The notes below the pieces were generated by a model, which saw only the letters and a program-made list of their open reading frames with translations, made no database searches and was not told the origin of the DNA. Shown here in pieces: positions 38,436-52,570 of a stretch of DNA of 64,000 bases. The DNA is from Eledone cirrhosa (Eukaryota): positions 57,350,001 through 57,414,000 of the forward strand of contig OZ024744.1 of the NCBI GenBank assembly GCA_964016885.1, written 5' to 3'. How positions within the stretch are numbered: the first letter of the stretch is position 1; every line of letters begins with the position of its first letter. Made by a program: the position numbers and the translations under genes.

Positions 38436-39864
38436 TCATCATCATCATCATCATCGTTTAACGTCCATCTTCCACGCTTGCATGGGTTTGGACGGGAGTT
38501 TTCCCACTTGAGGCAAGATTGGTTGTCTTGCTCGTATAGGACTGTCTGGCGGGTTTTCTACGGCTGGATGCCCTTCCTAACACCAACCACGTTTACAGTG
38601 TGGACTGGGAGGTTTTTACCGTGTTATCTACACGGCCACATTACAGCGTGGACTGTGTGTTTCTTTTTCGTGACACCTACACGAACTCATTTATTTCGGA
38701 CTGGATGTTGTGGTACCAACATAACATTACATCGAAAGGGGTGGTTTAGATGGGGTGGGGTGGGGTATATTTTTGTTAGAGGTGCCTACTGACTGTAGGT
38801 TTCGCTTTGTACTTAGGCAAGGCGGGTCTTCTGTATTACTGTATAGCGCCAAAGATCTCGGTCCAGTGACATTGTCTTGGAGAAGTGTAAGTGTGTGAGG
38901 TCGGAATTTATCAAGTCGACCCAGGTTTTTCTGGGTCTGCCTACTCCGTGGCTACCGTCTATTTTTATCGCCCTGCACTTTTTTTATATAGCTGTCGTCT
39001 TTCATGCGCATCACGTGACTATACCAACGTAGTCTTCTCTCGAGTAAACAACATCTGATTCCTCTTATTCCTAATTTCTCCCTTAGTTCATTTATGCTTT
39101 GCCGTTCACGTATATTACTATTACACATCCAACGGAGCATGCAAGTTTCGTTTTTCTCCAGTCTGCGTATATCCTCTGCACACAATGCCCAGGTCTCACT
39201 GCCATGTAACATTGCATCATACAGCCTGCCTTTCATTTTTAGTGAGAACCCTTTAGTGGCCAATAGTGGTATAAGCTCTCCGAACTTTTTCCATCCCGTT
39301 CTGACTCTAGCTACTGTACTTTCAGAGCACCCTCCACCACTGCTGATTTTGTCACCCAGGTAACGGAAGGTGTCCACTATTTCTATAGAACCATCTGTGC
39401 AATGGGATGAGCTAGTATTCTGTGGTCACTTGCTGCTACTTATTGCACCAGAGCACCGGCCACATATAAAATCTATATTCTTAGTTAGCTTACCTGTGAT
39501 CCCACTACATCTTTTATGCACCCATATATTGCATTTGGTACATAAAATGGAGTTTCTGCCTACTCCTTTCCTACACGCTGAGCACAGCCATTTTCCAGAT
39601 GGGACCAGTGCCCTATTCTCCTTCCTACATATTTAGTCTTAGACAAGTTAACTTTAAGGCCTTTTGATTCTAGGTCATGCTTCCATGTTTGGAATTTCTT
39701 CTCTAGTTCAGCCATTGATTCAGCTATGAGCGTTAGATCATCTGCATATAGGAGTTCCCATGGGCAGCGGGCCTTGAACTCCTCTGTTATAGCCTGATGA
39801 GCAATAATAGATAGTAGGGGGCTAAGGACGGAGCCCTGATGAACACCAACTTTTACGCTAATTT
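38436..39864 (-). mobile_element. 5'-truncated RTE LINE (RT C-terminal half + 3' UTR)
   Basis: GVHQGSVLSPLL, YADDL, FRYLGD, MLHGSETW, RRLRWYSHV; (GAT)n tail. Confidence 0.92.
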
Positions 39865-39994
39865 CTCCAGCGCTACTTGGTGTTTGCAAAAATTCTTGTG
39901 GTCAAAACAATTTTGATTGGTCACATGACCTCTACCGACCAATCAAAATTGTTTTGACCACAAGAATTTTTGCATCACCAAAGTAGCGCTGGAG
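39865..39994. repeat. 130-bp near-perfect palindrome (hairpin MITE-like)
   Basis: ctccagcgctact...tgcaaaaattcttgtggtcaaaacaattttgattggtc / gaccaatcaaaattgttttgaccacaagaatttttgca...agtagcgctggag with a 14-nt loop. Confidence 0.92.
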
Positions 39995-40272
39995 TCACTT
40001 TGTTAACATAAAAACAGGTAGAATTCCCAAAACTAATCAGATCAGAGCAAACAACAAGGACACTCTATCTCAAACTTATTTTTGAAAAGCATTTAGAAAT
40101 GCGCAACCGGTAAAAACTTAAAAACTTAAAACCACAACTGAATACTAACCCATACAATCACTAATACTCTTTTATTCCTAATTAAACCATTTTTCAACTG
40201 TGAACAATTTGTCAGCATTTTCTATTCCGTTTACCAATATATAATAACTTGTGTGTTACACCTCTATTCTTT

Positions 40273-40755
<483 letters not shown>

Positions 40756-40891
40756 AGTGTAATTTTCTACACAAAACGAAGGTTATAGAGAAAATTGAGG
40801 TTGGTAATGGCACATGGAATATATAAGAGACAGAATACTTTTTTGTGAAAAAACATAATTTTATAAGGTAAGGAAATAATAAAGGGTATAA

Positions 40892-40939
40892 AAAATGACC
40901 GGTTTCGATGGGTCTGCAAAAGCCATCTTTTCAAATGTT
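40892..40939 (-). ncRNA. Minimal type I hammerhead ribozyme (U3-A8 variant), 3' pLTR
   Basis: aacAU-UUGAAAA-GAUGG cuuuugcagac CCAUC-GAA-A CCGG U-C-AUuuu. Confidence 0.7.
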
Positions 40940-41407
40940 GATTAATATTAAGAAAAATTAATAATACGAAGAGTTAAAACTTGAGATTTGAAAATTCAAG
41001 TATAAAATTCATTGTGGGATTTCATAGCAGTTTTCATCTAGGTAGCAACAACAGGTTGACTGCTGTGTCCCTTTCTGCTAGTGAATGAGAAGTTATTTGG
41101 GGTGTGGGTTGTTTTATAAAGGTCAGATTTAGCAATCGTCAACTGGCCAGCTGCTGGTCAGTGAGGGGGTGGAAGCAATATACATACACATATCTTCCTG
41201 TGGTGGGTAGGAGAGTGGAGCGTGATAGAAAGGGATTTAGTGCACTTACACCTATATATACACACATACCTTCACCCACACATACATACATATACATATA
41301 CATATACATATATATATATATATATATACATATACACACATACATACACACACACATACATATACATACACACATACACACACATATATACACATACACA
41401 CACACAC

Positions 41408-41450
<43 letters not shown>

Positions 41451-42020
41451 CATACACATACATCCAGATACACACATACATACACACACACACACACACA
41501 TATATATATACACATATATATATATATATACACACACTCACACCCCCACACATACATACACACACACACACACGCACACACAATACATACATACACATGC
41601 ACACACATATACACACACACACACATATACACATACATACACCCACACAGAGAAATGGCCTCCAAATATATATATATATATACATACAGACACATATTTT
41701 TTCCATAATATAAGAAGTTGGGACAGTGAAATTAAAATACAAGTCATTCTGATCACATTGAGTTCTTCATGTAGATTGGGCCCCACAACCGACAGTGGTG
41801 AATTCTGTGTGCGCATATATATATAGATATATGTGTGTGCACGTGCAGGGTTTAACATGGATGTGTTGGTCACACAAAGGCATGGTCTGTCAACGAATAA
41901 ACCTGATTCTACAGAATTGGTCTCTGGTCTTTAATAGTAGTGATAATTATATACATGCACACATACACACACATATATCTGTCACTCCGTGCGTATGTGT
42001 GTTTATATTTTATGACAATT

Positions 42021-44315
42021 CTATTGGGGTGATAACCCGTTTAGTTTTGGTTTAAATTTGTTAAGGAATAGATTTTCTTTGTTTATTCTTTATTGCTGTG
42101 TGAACGAATCTGAGCACTTGTAGAAGGGGAAGATTTTAAAGTTGGGTAGTGTCATTCCTGCGCAGTTCGCAATATGGCTGCTCAAGGGGATTTTTCTTGT
42201 GTTAGCGTCCCGGATTTGTTGGCGGTGGATGGTCATTCTTTTGCGTAATGAGGTGCCCGTCTGTCCTATGTAGTTGTGTTTGCACCCACCGCAAGTTATT
42301 GCATAAATCAAGTTCTCCGAGTTGCAGGTGAAATTGTTTTTTACTGTAAATGTTTGGCCATCTTTGAATGTAAATGTTTGTCCTTCAGTGAGGTAGAGGC
42401 ACGTTCCACAGTTTGTTCTACCACATTTGGTAACTGTAGGGTTGAGGATTGGTTTGGGTATATTTGGTCCAGTGAGAATGCGTTTAAGTGATTTGGGTTG
42501 TCTTTTACTTTTAAGGATCTTGTGTGTTTCAAGAATAGACTTCATTTTTACATCTTTAAGTAGGATGGGGAGGTTTTTGTGTAGGTGATCAAACATTTCG
42601 GTACTTCTGGGGTTGAAAGTGGATACATATGGCAGGGTGTTTAGTGTGGTTTTCTGTTTTGGATTGTTAAGTTGATGGGGATTTAGGTGTTTTGCCCTGT
42701 CTATTCCATTGTTGATTATTTCAAGTGGAAAGGCTCTTAAGATAAGGGTGTCTTTTAGTTCCTTTAGTCTTTGCTCCCGTTTAGGTGGATCTGATACTAT
42801 GGTACATATACGTTTGGCCAAATTGTAAGGAATGTTAAGTTTTGTATGTTTTGGGTGACTTGATGTGAAAAAGAGGTATTGCTTGGAATCTGTGGGTTTA
42901 TAGAATATATCTGTATCTAATTTCCCGTCTATTACAGAGATGAGAATATCCAAGAAGGCTAATTCCTTAGGATTGGATTCCATTGTGAATTGTATGTTAT
43001 TATCTATGTTGTTTATCATGTTTTTAAACGTAGTAAGTGAGTTCATGTCTTCTTGCCATAGGATAAAGCAGTCGTCTAGATATCTTTTCCAATTGGCTTT
43101 GAGGTGTGTGTGGAAAGAGTCTCCAAATAAGAGAAGAGACTGACTGTATATTTGTTGTTCATGGAATCCCATGACTAGGTTGGCATATGTGGGTGCTACT
43201 TTCGTGCCCATTGCCGTACCTGATACTTGTCTGTATGTTGAACCATTGAATGTGAAGTAGTTATTTTGTAGGATAAAGCGGAGTCCGTCAGTGATAAAAT
43301 CTGTGTTGATGCGTGTCGGTATTTCTGATGGGTGTGTGTTAAGCCAGTATTGGACTGCTGTTATTCCATAGTTGTGAGGTATGTTTGTGTAGAGGTTTAT
43401 TACGTCAATGGAGACAAGAATTGTATTTGCACTTACTGTTTTAGGGAGGTGTTTCAGCATGTCAAGGTCATCTCGTATGTAGCTCTGTATATGTTGTAGA
43501 AAGGGTTTCAGTAGGATGTCCAGAAAGTTGCTAAGTCTGTGGGTTTCACATGTAGGGCCTGCTATAATTGGCCTGAGTTTTAGGTCTTCTGGTGGTGTTA
43601 GTTCAATGTAATTGTTGGTTGAGGTGTCACATGCATCGTTTATGGGTTTACATTTGTGGAGTTTCGGTAAGCCGTAAAAAGAGCTTGTATTGCATTTGAA
43701 GTGGCTTATATAGTTAAACTCTTTTGTGGTTAAGCTGTTGCGGTATTTATTCAGTAAGGTCAAAAGGTTCCCCATTGTTTTGGTGTGTTTGTAGTTTTCT
43801 GTTTTTTCATAGTATGTGTTGTTTTTTAAAATGTTAAGTGCGAGGGTCCTATAGTAGTCCGTATTCATAATGACAACAGTACTGCCTTTATCGGCTTCTT
43901 TGATAGTTATCTCAGGGTTGTTTCTAAGTGTGAATAATTCTTCCCATTCGTGTGTAGATAGGTTTGATTTCGTGTGTTTATTTGTAATTTTTTCATAGGG
44001 AAAGTTGGTGATGTGTTCGCAGTACGTGTCCAGTGCTTTATTTCTTCCCTTTTGTGGGCAGAAATTGCTTTTATTTCTAACCAGTGATTCGTCTTCAGTG
44101 TTGGTGTCGTTGTGGAAGAATTCCGTTAGTCGCAGCTTTCGGCAGTATTCCATGATGTCATCCTTCATTTCGGGGAAGTTTGGTTTACGTGGTGTAGGTG
44201 TAAATTTCAGGCCCTTACTTAAAATGTTGATTTGTGTGTTGGTTAGAGGTGTCTTTGAGAGGTTGATTATTTTTGGTTTCTCCTGAGGGGGGGGGGGGGG
44301 GGGGGGGGGCGCCAT
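42021..44315 (-). CDS. PLE reverse transcriptase + GIY-YIG endonuclease (one premature TAA at 42090-42092)
   Basis: INLS...LSKGLKF, IKEADKG, YGLPKLHK, RPII, DVINLYTNIP, GTAMGT, RYLDD, FLD, CGRTNCGTC linker, NLIYAITCGGCKHNYIGQT; after the TAA the frame continues RINKENLFLNKFKPKLNGLSPQ to TAG at 42021. Confidence 0.92.
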
Positions 44316-44344
44316 CGAGTATCCTGGTATTTCAGGCTTTTCCC

Positions 44345-45550
44345 TAAAAAAGGAATGTAGTTTTATGTGTGATTATATTTTGTTGGTCTGTTGCGTGTGG
44401 GTCTGTAGCTTGTTGTTTCATGAGGTTGAATGTGATGGTGGGGGTGGTATGTGTTGTGGTTGTTGATGAGCAAGGGTTCTGTTGTTGGTTCATGTGGTCT
44501 GGGTGCGTTATTTCTGTGGTACAGAGTGTTGAGGTTGGGGGGTTGTCTTTTGTTGGATTGAGGGTGATGTCTGGTGTGGTTGTGGGTAAGTTCTGTTGTG
44601 ATTTCAAGTGGTCTGGGTGGATTTCTTCTGAGGAATGTGGTGTGTGTGTTGTGAGTTGGATCTATGTTATTTCGTCGTTGGTTTATGTAGGGGGCATTTC
44701 TACGGAAACCTGTGTTGTGGTGGTTGGATGTGTTTCTTTTGGTGTAGTTGGCCGTATTTGGTTTGTGTTGGTGGGGGATGTGCCTGTGGTTAGTGTGTGT
44801 TGGGTTTGGTGGTGTAAATGTGTCTGTTGTAGTTCTTGTTATGTTCAAATGCTTTATAAAGGGGTTACCTGTTTGGTGCGTCCTTTTAAAGTCTTCTTCA
44901 TATTTGAGGAACCAGTTTTCGGATTTTTCCCACCGTTTAAGGGAAATAGTTTCTGCATTCTCGCAGTCCTGTTTCCACGATTTGATTAAATTTTGTAGGG
45001 TTGTTCCCTCGGCCTTTTTAGTGCATTCTTCCTCCATATTTTTATCAGTATCCTTATACTCTTGCTCGTTTAAGGTGGCCCTTAATTTTAGGAGTTCTAT
45101 TTCCATGTTTATCCTGTTGAGTGACATTTGTTCGCGGAGTTTTCTTTCTGGTTCAGGTTCGTTTGTAATATGCTTTATTTGGAATTTACGTGGTAAAACT
45201 ATCGGTGTTGAGTTAATCCATTTTTGGTAAATTCCAGCTTTGTTGAGGTTTTTTATCATATTCCAGAAAGTGAATTTTCTGGTTTTTAGATGTTTTTTCC
45301 AGAGGTGTCCCATTTGGTTTTTGATATGGAGCAATGTCATTTGTTCTGTGTTGGTATTCATAAGTTTTTCGATGGAGTTGCATACGTTTTGAACGTTTAA
45401 ATAAATTTGGTTGTCAGTCGGTGTGGTGGTTTGGGGTATATCCTGTTATTTTGTCAGAATGGTGAGTTTTCCATTTATCTCTTTTAGGATTTTCAGGATT
45501 TCCTCATTTATATTGGAGTTTGAAGTTGTGTTGTCTTGTTCCAGTGCCAT
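44345..45550 (-). CDS. PLE upstream ORF (~400 aa; helical N-half, basic/His/Thr-rich C-half), two in-frame TAA
   Basis: ATG at 45550 (MALEQDNTTSNSNINEEILKILKEINGKLTILTK*QDIP...) is in frame with ORF 44363-45361; it lies between the 5' pLTR and the RT ORF. Confidence 0.7.
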
Positions 45551-45731
45551 TTTCCGGATTTGCGTAGGTTAGTATATATGAAAAGTGTAATTTTCTACAC
45601 AAAACGAAGGTTATAGAGAAAATTGAGGTTGGTAATGGCACATGGAATATATAAGAGACAGAATACTTTTTTGTGAAAAAACATAATTTTATAAGGTAAG
45701 GAAATAATAAAGGGTATAAAAAAGGGTATAA

Positions 45732-45779
45732 AAAATGACCGGTTTCGATGGGTCTGCAAAAGCCATCTTTTCAAATGTT
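45732..45779 (-). ncRNA. Minimal type I hammerhead ribozyme (U3-A8 variant), 5' pLTR
   Basis: Identical to 40892-40939. Confidence 0.7.
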
Positions 45780-45982
45780 GATTAATATTAAGAAAAATTA
45801 ATAATACGAAGAGTTAAAACTTGAGATTTGAAAATTCAAGTATAAAATTCATTGTGGGATTTCATAGCAGTTTTCATCTTGGTAGCAACAACAGGTTGAC
45901 TGCTGTGTCCCTTTCTGGTAGTGAATGAGAAGTTATTTGGGGTGTGGGTTATTTTATAAAGGTTCCTATATATATATATATA

Positions 45983-46092
45983 TAGGAACGATTAGGACCC
46001 CAACGGCTGAGCTCAAGCTGTTTAGACGGTTAAGTCCAGAATTAGCCGTCGAAACGGCTTGAGCTCAGCCGTCGGGGTCCTAATCGTTCCTA
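45983..46092. repeat. 110-bp fold-back palindrome
   Basis: taggaacgattaggaccccaacggctgagctcaagctgtttagacggttaa / ttagccgtcgaaacggcttgagctcagccgtcggggtcctaatcgttccta with an 8-nt loop. Confidence 0.92.
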
Positions 46093-46169
46093 TTACCCAC
46101 TCTACTACCCTAAGTATTGAGTACTTTGGTGCGTTATGGTCCACCTGGTTCCTTACCACATTTCCTCCG

Positions 46170-46264
<95 letters not shown>

Positions 46265-46280
46265 TATATATATATATATA

Positions 46281-46356
<76 letters not shown>

Positions 46357-46516
46357 ATACATTAACAGAGGAAGCTTTAAGCAATACTCCGACCGGCTTC
46401 CGTCTCACTCAACAAACATTAGGATATACCTTAGTATAATCCCAATTATATGTTTGGGGTGCTAACTATACGTATTTTGCGGATAGCCAGTTGTATTATT
46501 TTATATGAGACATAAT

Positions 46517-46552
<36 letters not shown>

Positions 46553-46554
46553 AT

Positions 46555-48420
<1,866 letters not shown>

Positions 48421-48914
48421 CCATCCCTTTTTTCTTGATCATTATCTTTTGTTTGGCACACAACTCTCTATGATAAATCATGTCACTGTGAAAACGGCTA
48501 CAAAGAACCTCCAAATATGAACTGGCACTGGCGCGAAATTTAATGTACTTATTCACATGACAGTCATAACCAATCAAATTACATTTATAAAAAAAAAAAC
48601 ATTTTTGATCCACCTTTTTAAGTGAAAATGACAATAAAGAACCCTCAAACATGAACTGGCGCAAAAGTTGGTGTGCTTATTCATGTGACTGCATCAACCA
48701 ACCAAATTTCACTCATATATGAAAAACAATTTGAGGCCCCTTTTTTTAAAGGCAAATACAATAAGAACTTTGTAACGCGAACTGGTGTAAAATTTATTAT
48801 ACTTATTCACGTGAGAGTCATCAACCAACCAAATTACTTTTCTAAAAAACCTAACATTTCAAGCCCCTTTATTCCACATAGTGGCACCAGCACTAGAGAG
48901 TTTGCCATGTCTTT

Positions 48915-49200
48915 AACACATCTACAGAGTTCTCCCTACCCTTCGTTTACCAAGCTTTCTATAGCTGAGTGACCTTCCTAGCACCAACCACTTTACAGCA
49001 TGTACCAACTACATTTATCATGTAGAACCCCAACATTAGAGAGGTTGTCATGTCCTTGAAAGAACTACAGAGTTCTCCCTACCCTTTGTTTACCAAGCCT
49101 TTTATAGCAGAGTGACCTTCCTAGCACCAACCACTTTACAGCATGTACCAACTACATTTATCATGTAGATTCACAACACAAGAGAGGTTATGTCCTTGAC
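48915..49200. repeat. Tandem duplication (~150 bp x2) within an RTE-UTR-like repeat
   Basis: ctacagagttctccctaccct...gagtgaccttcctagcaccaaccactttacagcatgtaccaactacatttatcatgtaga occurs twice. Confidence 0.8.
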
Positions 49201-49708
49201 ACAATTGAAGCATTCTCCTCATTTTTTGCCTTTCTATACTCTCTCATTTTCACATAAATCATGATTAGATGTGTGTGTGTAATATGTATGTGTCTATCTT
49301 ATGCGTGTCTATATTTTTATATACTTGTCTGTGTGTAATTTTTATTGTTATTCTTTTTGCTGCAAATTGTGTTTTTTTTATATTGAATAATAAATAGAGA
49401 GAAACTGATAGACAGAGAGACAGATGAATAAATTGATAGATATACAGACAGATAGATAAACATAGATATACAAACAGATGGAAAGGGCGATGAATAAATA
49501 GAGAGACTGACAAACATACACACACCCCAGTGTTTGATTTTACGCATATGCTGTTTACCTGGATTCGTAACTGATTTCAATTCATTTCAGTTACCAATGT
49601 GTATGTGTTACTTGAAGTCAAGATAAATTTACATTGTTTTAAATATATATCATAGATATTTGTATATGTATGTATGTATATGTATGTATATGTATGTATG
49701 TAAGTATG

Positions 49709-49742
<34 letters not shown>

Positions 49743-49766
49743 CATACTTACATACATACATACAAG

Positions 49767-49898
49767 TGTAGTGTTTGTACCAGAGTTTTCAAGTCGCTGG
49801 CTGGACTAAAAAGTCACACTCGTTCAGTGCATCGGTAGGGGTTCTCCTACATGGATATAAAGTAGTGGCCGTACTCGAAAACGAGTTGGCAGCCACCA
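49767..49898. repeat. Unclassified ~130-bp interspersed element, copy 2
   Basis: Matches 35458-35588 with two visible substitutions. Confidence 0.85.
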
Positions 49899-49909
49899 TA
49901 TATATATAT

Positions 49910-50280
49910 ATCATCATCATCATCATCATCATCATTTTACGTCCGCTTTTCTCTGCTTGCAAGGGTGGGACGGGAACTGATTTTGGTTTGATTTCTACAG
50001 CTGGATGCCCTTCCTAACACCAACCTCATTTACAGTGAGTGCTGGGTGCTTTTTTTCCGTGGCACCTACACGTCCACTTTACAGTGTGGTCCGGGTGCTT
50101 TGCAGTGGAATGATATGAACCCCAGCCCCTATCATCTCATTTCTACAGCTGAGTAAACTGGAACAATGTGAAATAAAGTGTCTTGCTCAAGGAAACAACA
50201 CATCACCCGGTCTGAGAATTGAACTCACAACCTTTTGATTGCAAGGCCAATGCTCTAACCACTAAGCCATGTGCCTCCAT
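49910..50280 (-). mobile_element. tRNA-head / RTE-tail SINE
   Basis: Sister of 38078-38407. Confidence 0.82.
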
Positions 50281-50286
50281 TATATG

Positions 50287-50462
50287 AATTGGCAGTATCG
50301 GTAGAGGGTCGGACACCATGCTTTCCAGCATAGTTACGTCCCTTTACGATCTGAGTTCAAATCCCGCCGAGGTTGACTTTGCCTTTCATCCTTACGGGGT
50401 CGGTAAAATAAAGTACCAGTAATGCACTGGGTAATTTGCTGGCCTTGTGCCTAAAGTAGAAA
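50287..50462 (+). mobile_element. SINE family A
   Basis: attggcagtatcggtagagggtcgg...gagttcaaatcccgccgagg...cctaaagtaga. Confidence 0.9.
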
Positions 50463-50871
50463 AAATTATATGAATATGTATGTATATAAAAAAAGAGCTT
50501 TCAAATAACAACATTGAAAGCAGGTCACAGGTCTGTTCCCATTTCAATATGTTGCATGGATTAGATAATTAAATGAGGTTGCTTGAAAACGTCAAGTCAG
50601 GAATTGCGTTATAGCATTACAGAATTATAGCTAATTACGTAATAAAAGAAATTATGGAAATCTAACCTTTATGTTTTATTTTTACGGCCTTGTGCTAAAA
50701 GTAGAAACAATTATTACTGTATGTAAATTCCATCCTGTACTGCCCATGTGATACCACATCAGAATTGGAAAATTATATAAGATGTTGAGTGCTTTTTCAT
50801 AATTACATCAACAACACAGCTCCAGCTACCAATTAGTAAACATTCTAGAATACAAGTATATATATATATAT

Positions 50872-51398
50872 ATCATCATCATCATCATCGTTTAACGTCC
50901 CTGTTCCACGCTTGCATGGGTTTGGACGGGGGTTTTCCCAGTTGAGGCAAGAGTGGTTGTCTTGCTCGCATAGGACTGTCTGGCGGGTTTTCTACAGCTG
51001 GATGCCCTTCCTAACACCAACCACATTTACAGTGTGGGACTGGAAGGTTTTTACCGTGTTGCCTACACGGCCACATTACAGCGTGGACTGTCTGGCGTGT
51101 TTTCTACAGCTGGATGCCCTTCCTAACACCAACCACATTTACAGTGTGGGACTGTGAGGTTTTTACCGTGTTGCCTACACGGTCACATTACAGCATGGAC
51201 TGTGTGTTTTTTTGTCGTGACACCTACACGATCTCGTTTGTTTCGGCCTGGATGTTGTGGCACCAACATAACTTTGCATTGAAGGGGGCGGTGTGGATGG
51301 GGTGGGACGGGGGTGTATTTTGTTAGAGATGCCTACTGACTAGTAGGTTTTACTTTGTATTTAGGTGAGGCGGGTCTTCTCTGTTACTGAGTACCGCC
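50872..51398 (-). mobile_element. RTE LINE 3' UTR with internal ~110-bp duplication
   Basis: Matches 38436-38850; the ggactgtctggcg...cacattacagc block is present twice. Confidence 0.85.
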
Positions 51399-51431
51399 AT
51401 GTATGTATATATATATATATATATATATATT

Positions 51432-51471
<40 letters not shown>

Positions 51472-51663
51472 AATATAATACAAATATATATATATATATA
51501 TATAGTAGGTCAGGGTGACACAAAAATAATGGTTTATCTTCCTGTTTATTTATAAAACGTTTAAACATACTTTTGTTGATAAGAAGTAAACAATTCTGGA
51601 GTGCAATCTTAACTAATAGCCACACTCACCAACACATACACATATATACACACTCAGTAGAAT

Positions 51664-52570
51664 ATGAGAGTTGGCTGCAAAGTTCATAGGCTGACCAAGA
51701 TATTCTAATGGAATGTGACCAAATGAGGTTTATTTTTCAACATAATCCCTACACTTCTTCCATCTGTGTCGCTGTGCTTGGATCCCATTGGTGAAGAAGC
51801 TTTCATCCTGTTGATTAAAAAAAATCATCAACAGCAGATATGACATCATCATCACTTTAATACTAATTCCCAGCCAAGTGTTTTTTCATGTTGAGGAACA
51901 GATGATAGTCAGGTGGGGCCAAATCAGAAGAATAGGGAGGGTGATCAAACAGTTCAAAGCCACAGTCATTCACAGCAACCATTGAAACCAAGGACTTATG
52001 TGATGGAACAAGAACCCTGGTCTTCATAGCCTTTCATAACTGCCTCAACAAGTTGGCATAGAACTCTTCATTGACCGTGTGGCCCTTTTGTATAAAAAAA
52101 AAAACTGAGGCCATCACCTTCCCTGCAGATGAAACAACATTGGTCTTCTTTGGAGCAGGTGAGGGGGAGTGTTTTCATTGCATGAATTACCTCTATATCT
52201 CTGGTTCAAAATGATGAACTCACCACTCATCCTGGATTAGGAAATGTTCAAGGGAACCAACTGGATCTACTTCAAACAATATCAGATTTTCTTGTAATAT
52301 GATCAGCCTGGTGTGCTTTTGATCAGGTGTCAGGTGTGGCACCCACCAAGCAGAAACCTTGACCATACTAAGTTCATTGAACAGAATATTCTCAACTCTC
52401 TCATGGCATATGTTAATAGCACTGGTGCCTCTAGCATGCTTGCTTGATATGCTAGAAATAGTAGCCAAACCTCTCTTAGATCCCAGTCCACCAGCTTAAA
52501 AATAAGGACATATATAATGTGGTCCAGAGTTTTCTGAATATATGAAAAAGACAAGATGGCTGGTCATAAC
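51664..52570 (-). mobile_element. Degenerate mariner transposon
   Basis: TIR-like tatgagagttggctgcaaagttcataggctgacc; KVSAWWVPH (WVP motif), FLIQDEW and a PYSSDLAP-like segment near 51915-51940. Confidence 0.75.

Noticed and set aside
42021-45550. TAA reassigned to a sense codon in the PLE (three in-frame TAA, terminal TAG)
   Set aside because: Only three instances in about 1150 codons, and TAA terminates other ORFs in the window; ordinary nonsense decay suffices.
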